Source: Clostridia bacterium (GTDB lineage: Bacteria; Bacillota; Clostridia; Oscillospirales; Acutalibacteraceae). Taken from it: DNA of 64,000 nucleotides. The DNA is taken from the NCBI GenBank assembly GCA_017397125.1, contig JAFQKB010000047.1, positions 36,732 through 100,731 on the forward strand, read 5' to 3'. Below the pieces are notes generated by a model. It was not told the origin of the DNA. It did no database searches and worked only from the letters and a program-made list of their open reading frames with translations. Below are positions 1 to 7,309 of this stretch, in pieces (position 1 is the first letter of the stretch; every line of letters begins with the position of its first letter). Position numbers and translations under genes: made by a program.

Positions 1-839
1 TCAATCGTATGCTCTCTCTGTACGATTGCGGGTCTGTTTTTAAGATCGTGACCGCCGTCGCTGCACTTGAAAACGGTTTTTCTATCGCTCAAACCTATGA
101 CTGTGCCGGTGGCATGACGGTGCAGAATACGGTGTTTCACTGCCACCAACGATTAGGGCATCAGACGCTAACTATGGACGAAGCTTTTGCGAAATCCTGC
201 AATCTGTATTTTATACAGTTGGCGGCACAACTAGGCGCTGAAAAGCTGCTGGAAACAGCCGAAAAGCTGGGACTGACCGATGCAATAGAACTGGCTGATT
301 CATTAATAGCGCCACGGGCGGTTCTACCAACTAAAACAGAATTAGTCGCACCGGCAGCTCTGGCAAACCTCTCCTTCGGACAGGGCAAATTGCTGGTTTC
401 TCCACTCCATATAGCCCGTATGACGGCCGTGATGGCTGCTAATGGCACATTGCAGAATTTGCAACTAATATCCGGCACCTTAACAAACGAGGATGGTTTC
501 ACGCAGGCAGAGAAAAGGGGAGGGGAGACGGTTATTACTGCCGCAACCATTTCAGCCCTCAGGCGCATGATGGAGCTGGTAGTAACCGACGGTACCGGCA
601 CACGGGCACAGCCGGATAATATCACAGCAGCCGGAAAGACCGGCACCGCACAGACGGGACAATACAATAACGGACAACCGGTTGTGCAGAGCTGGTTCAC
701 CGGTTATTTCCCGGCTGACAATCCTCAATACGTCGTGACCATCCTTGCAGAAGACGCCGAAACCACCGACGCCGATGCCACGGGACTGTTTTGTGAAATT
801 TCTAACAAATTGACCGAGTTGAAAAGGAACGGAGGTTAA
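1..839 (+). CDS. Penicillin-binding protein, transpeptidase domain (SpoVD/FtsI/PBP2 class); 5' end lies outside the window
   Basis: The ORF is open to base 1. SxxK (GSVFK) sits at the window edge, with SxN (KSCN) and KTG (KTGTA) motifs downstream. GC is about 50% by hand count, lower than the bulk chromosome. Confidence 0.85.
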   Translation, partial: NRMLSLYDCGSVFKIVTAVAALENGFSIAQTYDCAGGMTVQNTVFHCHQRLGHQTLTMDEAFAKSCNLYFIQLAAQLGAEKLLETAEKLGLTDAIELADSLIAPRAVLPTKTELVAPAALANLSFGQGKLLVSPLHIARMTAVMAANGTLQNLQLISGTLTNEDGFTQAEKRGGETVITAATISALRRMMELVVTDGTGTRAQPDNITAAGKTGTAQTGQYNNGQPVVQSWFTGYFPADNPQYVVTILAEDAETTDADATGLFCEISNKLTELKRNGG

Positions 840-851
840 TCCGTTCCTTTT
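822..851. terminator. Perfect 12-bp inverted repeat with a 6-nt loop at the convergent PBP/integrase gene ends; candidate bidirectional terminator or recombination site
   Basis: AAAAGGAACGGA-GGTTAA-TCCGTTCCTTTT. It spans both stop codons (PBP stop at 837-839, integrase stop at 836-838). Confidence 0.5.
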
Positions 852-1864
852 TGGTCCTGATTATTTGAATTTTCCGCATTATTATCTCTGGGGGCGGGAG
901 GATTAACCCGGGCTAAGGGGTTTGCGCTGGCCGCCTTACGCAGTTGTTCGTTGGATGTGTGTGTATAGATCTCGGTGGTGCCAAGGTTTCTATGGCCCAG
1001 CATCTCTTTGAGAACCAACAGATCTACACCGCCTTGCTGATACATCAGTGTAGCCGCAGTATGGCGGAGCTTATGAGCCGAAAATTCCTCTGCGCCGCTG
1101 ACCTGCTTGAGATAGCCTTTAACAATGTAATGCACGCCCTGCAGGCTGATACGGTCCTTAGTATGACTGTAGAATAGTGCTTTCTTATCCTTAGTGCCGT
1201 CCAACGGACGCTTGGGTAAATAGGCCGCTAAAGCCTTTTGACAGGCCTCGTTCAGATATAGAATTCGCTCTTTATTGCCTTTACCGATCACACGCAACGT
1301 GTTATCGTCGCGAACGTCCGTTCGATTTAGGCCTGCCAATTCGGCACGACGCAGTCCACAATTTAACAATAATGTAATGATACAGAAGTCCCGTTCAGCG
1401 TATTTGCCTTGTCCGGCCAGCTGCAACAGCTGTATGGATTGGTCATAGGTAAGGTGTTTGGGCATACGGGACGGCAATTTAGGAGAACTTAAATTTTTGG
1501 CGGGATTTTCAGGGATTTTATGACTGATCTCGGTCAGATAATGAAAGAACTGCCGTAGACTGGAAACCTTGCGAGCACGGGTAATGTTAGAGTTATCGCG
1601 TTCGCTTTTAGAATAATTCATAAACTCAAACAAGTCTGCCAGTGTAACTGTACGTAATAAATCTAAATCAACCAAGCGAATATCCGGTAAGGAATCAGGA
1701 GAATATTTACAAATGCCGCGCTGAATTAAAAGAAAACGGAAGAAAGTGCGCAGATCAATAAAATATCCGTTAACCGTATTGGCAGAGCGGCCTTTGACGG
1801 TCTCCATATAACCCAGATATTCACGCAGAATAGGCGGACATTCTGCTAAATACTTAGAATTCAC
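836..1864 (-). CDS. Tyrosine recombinase / phage integrase family (XerC/XerD-like)
   Basis: 342 aa. An N-terminal SAM-like core-binding domain is followed by the catalytic motifs ...NCGLRRAEL..., HKLRHTAAT and LGHRNLGTTEIYTH. GTG start with the SD sequence GGGAGGGG. It begins 35 nt downstream of the phage small TM ORF on the same strand. Confidence 0.9.
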   Translation of the reverse strand: MNSKYLAECPPILREYLGYMETVKGRSANTVNGYFIDLRTFFRFLLIQRGICKYSPDSLPDIRLVDLDLLRTVTLADLFEFMNYSKSERDNSNITRARKVSSLRQFFHYLTEISHKIPENPAKNLSSPKLPSRMPKHLTYDQSIQLLQLAGQGKYAERDFCIITLLLNCGLRRAELAGLNRTDVRDDNTLRVIGKGNKERILYLNEACQKALAAYLPKRPLDGTKDKKALFYSHTKDRISLQGVHYIVKGYLKQVSGAEEFSAHKLRHTAATLMYQQGGVDLLVLKEMLGHRNLGTTEIYTHTSNEQLRKAASANPLARVNPPAPRDNNAENSNNQDQKGTD

Positions 1865-1899
1865 TGTTTCCCCTCCCTTTTACTGCATTAAATATGCGT

Positions 1900-2052
1900 T
1901 TATTTGTCAAGATATTTTTGTAAAATTATTCGAATATTTTCCAATTCACGTGGGACAAGAATTAGAAAGCGAACAAAAACAAAAAACAAAAACACACCTA
2001 AAGCAATACCAAAAATAGCTAACACACCAGTAAAAAATGCAAATTCTTCCAT
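1900..2052 (-). CDS. Small single-pass membrane protein (50 aa), not in the ORF track; candidate phage lysis or membrane protein
   Basis: Hand translation: MEEFAFFTGVLAIFGIALGVFLFFVFVRFLILVPRELENIRIILQKYLDK. The ATG lies 2 nt after the VP4 stop (TAATTATG), suggesting translational coupling. It has one long hydrophobic helix and a charged tail. Confidence 0.5.
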   Translation of the reverse strand: MEEFAFFTGVLAIFGIALGVFLFFVFVRFLILVPRELENIRIILQKYLDK

Positions 2053-2054
2053 AA

Positions 2055-3056
2055 TTACAACGACCTTTCAAGTGATTTAATTGAGAGCATTTTATTGTTC
2101 TCTTTAACACAAAGATACTCAGGCTCTTGTAGGTCGGTTTGGGATAACTGCAATTCACTACTATTCATAGCCGTTTCTTTCCGTCTATCTTTAATTACTT
2201 GCAGATCTTCGTTGTGTTCTACATCGAATATGCGATCAAAGTATTTCGGCGGTTTACAGCGAATTGGAGTACCTTTACCATTAGTTACAATTACCTGGTC
2301 ATAATTATAAATGAAATCCTCGTTTTCGTCAAGGTAAGAACGAGCAATACCAGGGCGACGGCTACACCGAGTAAATTCCGGCTCTATACCTTGCTCTTCA
2401 TAAAATGTAGCATCTTCGCCTTTGTGCTTTTTAAGCATATACCGGGCAACATATGCAGCTGTTTCAAAGGAAAAGTCAGTTACCAAAACAAAACCTTTTT
2501 TCCAGGTCTTTTCAAGTAGGGGAGAGCGGTAATAAGCATAACCGTTAGCATACTTTTCCAAGACAAGGTCTGGTAAAGGACAGTTAAACAAAATCAAATG
2601 ATAATGCGGTCTCATATTTTTAGGACCATACTCACCACAAGCAAAGAAACGAATGTTATCATTGTCAAACTGTCTTTTAGCATTGGTGCGCAATCTCTTC
2701 ATAAATGCCTTTAAATCGTCCGGCAAGAGGGTCATTACAGTTTCTAGGTCTGTAACCTCACCAGTCTCTTCATCAACTGTAAAATGCTCACGGAGGGGCA
2801 CAAAAGCATCATCATATGTGAGAGTAACAAAATAGTTATGTTTCCATTGCTTGGCTTCTAGGGCACAACGGACGGCCCATTGCCGAGAATACTCCAAACG
2901 GCATCCAACACATTGTCCACAAGGAAGCGACAATTTTTCGGCACCGATAGACTTTAAGTGTTCCGGGTCCGGCTCCTTTTTAAGAAATACTATTTTCATT
3001 TTTCCAGTCTCCGGGTTTTTAATTCCGTAGGCTGTAAGAGGGTGATAACAGGGCAT
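2055..3056 (-). CDS. Microviridae replication initiation protein (VP4 / gpA-like rolling-circle endonuclease)
   Basis: 333 aa. Motifs: MPCYHP..., CGQCVGCRLEYSRQWA, FVTLTYDD, GEYGPKNMRPHYHLILFN (HUH-type) and AAYVARYMLKK (catalytic Tyr motif). These are typical of gokushovirus VP4. Confidence 0.92.
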   Translation of the reverse strand: MPCYHPLTAYGIKNPETGKMKIVFLKKEPDPEHLKSIGAEKLSLPCGQCVGCRLEYSRQWAVRCALEAKQWKHNYFVTLTYDDAFVPLREHFTVDEETGEVTDLETVMTLLPDDLKAFMKRLRTNAKRQFDNDNIRFFACGEYGPKNMRPHYHLILFNCPLPDLVLEKYANGYAYYRSPLLEKTWKKGFVLVTDFSFETAAYVARYMLKKHKGEDATFYEEQGIEPEFTRCSRRPGIARSYLDENEDFIYNYDQVIVTNGKGTPIRCKPPKYFDRIFDVEHNEDLQVIKDRRKETAMNSSELQLSQTDLQEPEYLCVKENNKMLSIKSLERSL

Positions 3057-3103
3057 AAACTACATCCTTTCCACACTTCGTGTGTCAGTGGGGACAGTTA
3101 AGG

Positions 3104-3298
3104 TCAAGTAGAACTGTCCCCACGCCCCCGGAAAATACCAGGGTAAACATCAGTTACCGGAGCACTATCCATATACTCCATAGCATCATTTACTTTCATT
3201 TGCAACTCATACGAATTATTAGTACCATAAACATTTTCAATGGTTGCAAGAGCAGTAGCGATCTGCAACAACTCACCATAAGACAAATTAATTAACAT
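3104..3298 (-). CDS. Hypothetical phage protein (64 aa from the internal ATG)
   Basis: MLINLSYGELLQIATALATIENVYG... is preceded by AGGAG. The track ORF 3104..3349 extends upstream into a hairpin. Confidence 0.4.
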   Translation of the reverse strand: MLINLSYGELLQIATALATIENVYGTNNSYELQMKVNDAMEYMDSAPVTDVYPGIFRGRGDSST

Positions 3299-3495
3299 AA
3301 AATCACTCCTATTTTTTTGCGTACACGCGCGAAACGCGCGCGCACGCATATTTTTTTAAGTACATTGTCTAAGTAACTACTGCGGCGCATTAACAAGCAC
3401 TTATCGTAAATACTGCAGCGCCGCATTGAAGCTTCTACGTTTTTATTTGCCTTCCGGTCTCTCCATTTTACACAGGCTGTCAAGGGTAAATGCAC
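3292..3495 (-). CDS. Possible very basic 67-aa ORF (GTG start) running through the hairpin-rich region; coding status uncertain
   Basis: The translation is Arg/Lys-rich. Its stop overlaps the ATG of the 64-aa ORF (TTATGTTAA). However, it coincides with strong palindromes that may be non-coding. Confidence 0.25.
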   Translation of the reverse strand: MHLPLTACVKWRDRKANKNVEASMRRCSIYDKCLLMRRSSYLDNVLKKICVRARFARVRKKIGVILC

Positions 3496-3577
3496 GCCTT
3501 ACGGCGCCCTTGACATTGCCTGTGTAGGCATGTCGATGCCCGAAAGGGCAAAATAAAATTTAAAGGAGATATGCAAC
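3299..3577. other. Hairpin-dense region inside the microvirus; candidate origin, complementary-strand priming or regulatory region
   Basis: A GC-rich stem-loop at 3319-3347 is flanked by T runs. TACTGC(AGC)GCCGCATT occurs twice (3378-3391 and 3411-3427), with an 8-bp complementarity between TGCGGCGC and GCGCCGCA. A long imperfect inverted repeat pairs CACAGGCTGTCAAGGG (3471-3486) with CCCTTGACATTGCCTGTG (3507-3524). Further hairpins: GGCAT-GTCG-ATGCC (3527-3540) and GCCC-GAAA-GGGC (3538-3549). Confidence 0.55.
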
Positions 3578-3682
3578 ATGAGAAAGAACGCAAACTACAC
3601 AATCCTAAAAGCTACACAAATAGGCGAAACAGAAATCGTACTCGGCTTTTGTCCAACAGCAGCAGCACAATTGGTCAGTTAA
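3578..3682 (+). CDS. Possible 34-aa ORF antisense to all other phage genes
   Basis: AAAGGAGA lies 8 nt upstream of the ATG. Translation: MRKNANYTILKATQIGETEIVLGFCPTAAAQLVS. No convincing promoter was found. Confidence 0.2.
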   Translation: MRKNANYTILKATQIGETEIVLGFCPTAAAQLVS

Positions 3683-3915
3683 TGTAACTGGTAAACAGGG
3701 TTTAGAACAACGTCGTTAAAGATATCACGCCGGGGGATAGGGGATGTTAAATACCTAACTATAGCATACAAATCATCCAACTCATTTTCTATAAGCGCTA
3801 TACGAGAAAGACAATCTTGTTTACAACCAGGTATTTCACCATCTAGCAATTCAGTCTTTCGCTTTTCAAGCAACGCAATGGATTTCAAATATTCATCTAA
3901 TACGCTTACTGACAT
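3679..3915 (-). CDS. Hypothetical phage protein (78 aa)
   Basis: Track ORF on the phage coding strand. It overlaps the VP2 3' end by 23 nt. No recognisable motif and a weak RBS. Confidence 0.4.
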   Translation of the reverse strand: MSVSVLDEYLKSIALLEKRKTELLDGEIPGCKQDCLSRIALIENELDDLYAIVRYLTSPIPRRDIFNDVVLNPVYQLH

Positions 3916-4669
3916 TATAACTTTTAGAATAACTACTAGAAGCAGATTTCCTAGTTACAAAATTACCAGCAAAGCCAAGAGCACTAGAAAACAAGTTGTT
4001 AATCATATCAACAGCAGAAGATAAAACATTATTCAAAATAGATAAATCCGAACTTTTAGCAGCCGCCATACTACCTTTACTACCGGAAGAAGATACACCG
4101 GAAGCAGAAGAACCACCCGCAGCATAACCACTACCAGCGATACCAGCCGGAGAACTAGCACCACCTTGGGAATATGCTAAAATAGGGTTTAAACCAGCAG
4201 CTTGCATATCGGCTACAGCACGCTGATACGCAGTATTAGACATATGCGTTTGATACGCCATAGCATCATCCGCCATTTGCTTTTCAAACACCATAGCCTT
4301 TTCGGCACTACTCTGTTGAAATAAACGATCTAATTCGGCTTGACTTGCTGAAAAATCCATTGCTTTTTGATTAGCATCTGTTTGGAACTGCATTTGCCTT
4401 TCAGCAGCATCACGCTCCGCCTGCATAGCAGACTCAGCATTAGAGACAAATGCTGTTTTGAAACCATCAATCAACGTACCGAGCCAATCAAAACCACCAG
4501 ACTGCGAAACATCACTCTGTACAGGCTGAATATCACTAACCAATCCACTAGCACTAGAACGATTAGTAGAAGTAATCATAGGATTAAACTGAGTACTAGT
4601 ATCAACCATACCAGTCTGCAAATTAGGACTAAACTGCTTATTGGTAAGATTATGACCAATAATATCCAT
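3893..4669 (-). CDS. Microviridae DNA pilot / minor capsid protein VP2 (gpH-like)
   Basis: 258 aa. It has the conserved SNTAYQRAVADMQAAGLNPILAY motif and a Gly/Ser-rich C-terminal half. Confidence 0.85.
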   Translation of the reverse strand: MDIIGHNLTNKQFSPNLQTGMVDTSTQFNPMITSTNRSSASGLVSDIQPVQSDVSQSGGFDWLGTLIDGFKTAFVSNAESAMQAERDAAERQMQFQTDANQKAMDFSASQAELDRLFQQSSAEKAMVFEKQMADDAMAYQTHMSNTAYQRAVADMQAAGLNPILAYSQGGASSPAGIAGSGYAAGGSSASGVSSSGSKGSMAAAKSSDLSILNNVLSSAVDMINNLFSSALGFAGNFVTRKSASSSYSKSYNVSKRIR

Positions 4670-4680
4670 AAAACCACTCC

Positions 4681-6351
4681 TTAAAAGTGGTCAATAAGAC
4701 CAGGAACAGAGTACAGAGGCATAGGTCTAGTCCAAATGGCCTTAAAATAGAAATTACCGAGGAACTGATCTTCTACATCACTAGAGACAGCCAAGGTGCG
4801 ATCAACATTTACATAGGTCTCACGCATAAACTCAGCATCTCCAACAAAACTTGCAGTACCAGTTGACGGCAGCTCGAAATAATCAGCATAATGCCAACTA
4901 TCGAGAGACTGAGCGTAATTACTACGAAAAGCACCACATACACGAGAGGGCTTATAGCGGTAATCCGCCCAGGCTTCCTGGTAGCCGAACGCTTCATCAT
5001 CATATTGCGTACCAGTTGCTACAACCTCCTTTTTCAACACAGCCTGCTCGCCAATATGGGCAAGAGACGGCCAGTAATAATCAAAGCGCCGAGTACGAGA
5101 CCAAAAACGTTCAATGCCCTGCTGATAAGTATGATCGGTACGCACACAAGCAACACCAATAAGAAAACCATGCTCTACAAAAGACTTGGTAAATGCACTA
5201 GACACATCCGTAGTCAGCGAAAAAGCAGCGGTATTACCCTGTGGGCTAGTATCAGTAGTCTGGCTAGTCTGCAATACCTGGTCTACATTAATGGGAATAC
5301 GTTTACCACCGAGGTACTCCGGACGCTGTAGACGGCTATCAGGGGAGGTAACGCCAAAATGCGCTTTGAGGAGTTCATAGTACCTGGTTCCTCCTCTGGC
5401 GTCCTTTTCTAGCAAGCGCTGAATTTGGAACGCCTGGCGCAGCTGATTAATAGTACCAGCTTCAACATCACCTAACTGCACATAAAGGTTATCCGGATAG
5501 AAACCATTAATACTAGAATTAATGGTCGCATTACCACCGGAAACAAGAGTACCACCAGGAGAAAAAGCAAGATTTTGAGCAGAACTCAAAGTACCATTAT
5601 ACTTGAAATGAATAGGTGCACTAGGCAATTCGTGTCTATCTTCGCTTGCCGTTACAGGGAGGTTAGCACTAAACAGCGGCACATCAGTAGCCGGGGCTTT
5701 CTGCGGGGCAGGGAGTACAGACGTAAAATAATCGTGAGTCTTAGATACCGGAAGAACACCACCGCCATACAAAGCAGAGGTATAAGGGATTTGCAGACGA
5801 GCACCAGCACTATAATCACGCCGACGACCAGTAACATTTGCATCACTCTTTACAAAGTCGGCAGGGGACATATAATTCTGGTCACGGAAAAACTCATTCC
5901 AAATCGCAACATAAGCACGGAAGGGAAGGTGACTTACAGAAATATTCTCCGTGTCAGTAGGTAGGCCCATATAATCAGCAAGAGAACCTTTATTCCATCC
6001 AGAAGCGGGGGCGGTAATCTGCGGCACATTATATTCGGTAGGCTGTGCCCAATAGGAACTATTGTTCTCTCCGTTAAACTCTTTCCAATGCTCCCATACA
6101 AGACGATTAGGAACAAAGAAAAAGTACGTATCCATATAGGCATTATCCATAACGGGAAAAATGGGAGTAGACATACGCACCAAAGATGCAACGTCCATAG
6201 TAACAGTATCACCGGGCAAAATTTCATCCACATAAATAGGGATTAGTTCGCCAGTATTAAAGGTAGTCAACAGACGAGTAGAGCGATCAAATCTCGAACG
6301 CTCAATATCTACATGAGGGACTTGAGAAAAATGACTTTCGTTGTTTCTCAT
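4681..6351 (-). CDS. Microviridae major capsid protein VP1 (Phage_F family)
   Basis: 556 aa. The N-terminus FSQVPHVDIERSRFDRS..LTTFNTGELIPIYVDEILPGDT...PVMDNAYMDTYFFFVPNRLVWEHW is the canonical gokushovirus capsid signature. Confidence 0.95.
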   Translation of the reverse strand: MRNNESHFSQVPHVDIERSRFDRSTRLLTTFNTGELIPIYVDEILPGDTVTMDVASLVRMSTPIFPVMDNAYMDTYFFFVPNRLVWEHWKEFNGENNSSYWAQPTEYNVPQITAPASGWNKGSLADYMGLPTDTENISVSHLPFRAYVAIWNEFFRDQNYMSPADFVKSDANVTGRRRDYSAGARLQIPYTSALYGGGVLPVSKTHDYFTSVLPAPQKAPATDVPLFSANLPVTASEDRHELPSAPIHFKYNGTLSSAQNLAFSPGGTLVSGGNATINSSINGFYPDNLYVQLGDVEAGTINQLRQAFQIQRLLEKDARGGTRYYELLKAHFGVTSPDSRLQRPEYLGGKRIPINVDQVLQTSQTTDTSPQGNTAAFSLTTDVSSAFTKSFVEHGFLIGVACVRTDHTYQQGIERFWSRTRRFDYYWPSLAHIGEQAVLKKEVVATGTQYDDEAFGYQEAWADYRYKPSRVCGAFRSNYAQSLDSWHYADYFELPSTGTASFVGDAEFMRETYVNVDRTLAVSSDVEDQFLGNFYFKAIWTRPMPLYSVPGLIDHF

Positions 6352-6836
6352 TCAGTAACATCCTCCTTTACAGGATCAACAGAAGGCTCAGTCTTTTTAA
6401 CAAAAGAAGCAAGTTTTTCATCCAATTTACCATTAGCAACTGCATCAATAAACTCATTCACATTGTTATTGAAACAAGCCTTTACATCAGCGGACAAAGT
6501 ATCAAACTTATTCTCAATATCAAGAATAGCCTGGTGGGCCTCCGCCAGATTAGTGGGCATACCGACAACATCAATAAACTGGCCCATAGTACGATGAAGC
6601 GCAGCTACATCGCCACGCTCATAACGAGCAATAATGTTATATACCAAGGTTTCCGGCAAAGACGCCTGGACAAACTCATTCAAAGGGTCTCGTCCGGTCT
6701 CTCGGAGAACTCTAACACCATTTTCGATAGTTTCCTCGAAGATGGGTGCAGTACCATCACCAATCGGCCACGGAATAGTTTTTGGACGATTAAAACGATG
6801 GTGGATAATAATTTCTTGAACTTTACTCGCACTCAT
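6348..6836 (-). CDS. Internal scaffolding protein VP3-like
   Basis: 162 aa. It lies immediately upstream of VP1 and overlaps it by 4 nt. Size and position match gokushovirus VP3. The call rests on synteny more than on motifs. Confidence 0.6.
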   Translation of the reverse strand: MSASKVQEIIIHHRFNRPKTIPWPIGDGTAPIFEETIENGVRVLRETGRDPLNEFVQASLPETLVYNIIARYERGDVAALHRTMGQFIDVVGMPTNLAEAHQAILDIENKFDTLSADVKACFNNNVNEFIDAVANGKLDEKLASFVKKTEPSVDPVKEDVTE

Positions 6837-7110
6837 TTACATCCTCCTTTTTTACAGGAAATTCAACAAGATTAGATTTAACCTCAAAAACGTCACGATA
6901 CGCACAAACAAACCCAATATCACTTACAATGATACCAGTCAATTCATCATAAGTACCAAGACGCCACAATTCGAGGTCTTTAGCAATATGCGCAGTCTCC
7001 GGATGATTAACAAAACCGGAAAAGTCACGGATAGCAATAGCATCATTAACAACGGCCATCGGTGACCAATAGGACGATTTTACATCCTTAACAGCATACA
7101 AATTCGTCAC
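6823..7110 (-). CDS. Gokushovirus VP5-like non-structural protein
   Basis: 95 aa, GTG start. The pattern LYAVKDVKS..W.PMAVVNDAIAIRDF...VN......AKDLELWRLGTYDELTG resembles the conserved small non-structural protein found upstream of VP3 in gokushoviruses. Confidence 0.6.
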   Translation of the reverse strand: MTNLYAVKDVKSSYWSPMAVVNDAIAIRDFSGFVNHPETAHIAKDLELWRLGTYDELTGIIVSDIGFVCAYRDVFEVKSNLVEFPVKKEDVNECE

Positions 7111-7226
7111 AGCCTTGTACCTCCTCTCATTACACCACCAGCAAGGTTGATTTTCTTTGTCTTTTTCGCAGTATGCGAAAACACTCTGCCGTCCTTGACG
7201 GGTTTAACGGGTGCTCGTTTTGCCAT
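7107..7226 (-). CDS. Small basic DNA-binding-type protein (39 aa, RGGxRL C-terminus), not in the ORF track
   Basis: Hand translation: MAKRAPVKPVKDGRVFSHTAKKTKKINLAGGVMRGGTRL. The SD sequence AAGGAGG lies 7 nt upstream. Its stop overlaps the GTG of the next gene (GTGA). It resembles the small Arg/Lys-rich proteins of gokushoviruses. Confidence 0.65.
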   Translation of the reverse strand: MAKRAPVKPVKDGRVFSHTAKKTKKINLAGGVMRGGTRL

Positions 7227-7250
7227 CTGCAAAACCTCCTTAAAATAAAA

Positions 7251-7281
7251 TTAGGTGAAGCACATTTTGTGCCTCACCTAA
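7251..7281 (-). terminator. 13-bp stem hairpin followed by a T-rich tract on the minus strand
   Basis: TTAGGTGAAGCAC-ATTTT-GTGCCTCACCTAA, with one mismatch. On the minus strand it is followed by ATTTTATTTTA. It lies between the host gene end (7374) and the first phage gene. Confidence 0.5.
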
Positions 7282-7309
7282 AGTATACTAAATATTAATT
7301 TAGTATAGT
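7282..7309. repeat. 28-bp near-perfect palindrome at the right phage/host junction
   Basis: AGTATACTAAAT-ATTA-ATTTAGTATAGT, with 12-bp arms and one mismatch. Confidence 0.7.

Noticed and set aside
1946-2158. 70-aa Cys/Phe-rich track ORF overlapping the 3' end of VP4
   Set aside because: It is in a different frame from the cleaner 50-aa TM ORF (1900-2052), overlaps VP4 by about 100 nt and lacks an RBS. It is probably an alternative-frame artefact of the same T-rich stretch.
7282-7309. Calling the 28-bp palindrome a bona fide chromosomal dif site
   Set aside because: Its geometry is dif-like. However, the sequence lacks the conserved XerD-arm TATGT.AA.T-type motif I recall for Firmicute dif. 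A chromosome terminus context cannot be judged from this window. It is kept only as a candidate site.
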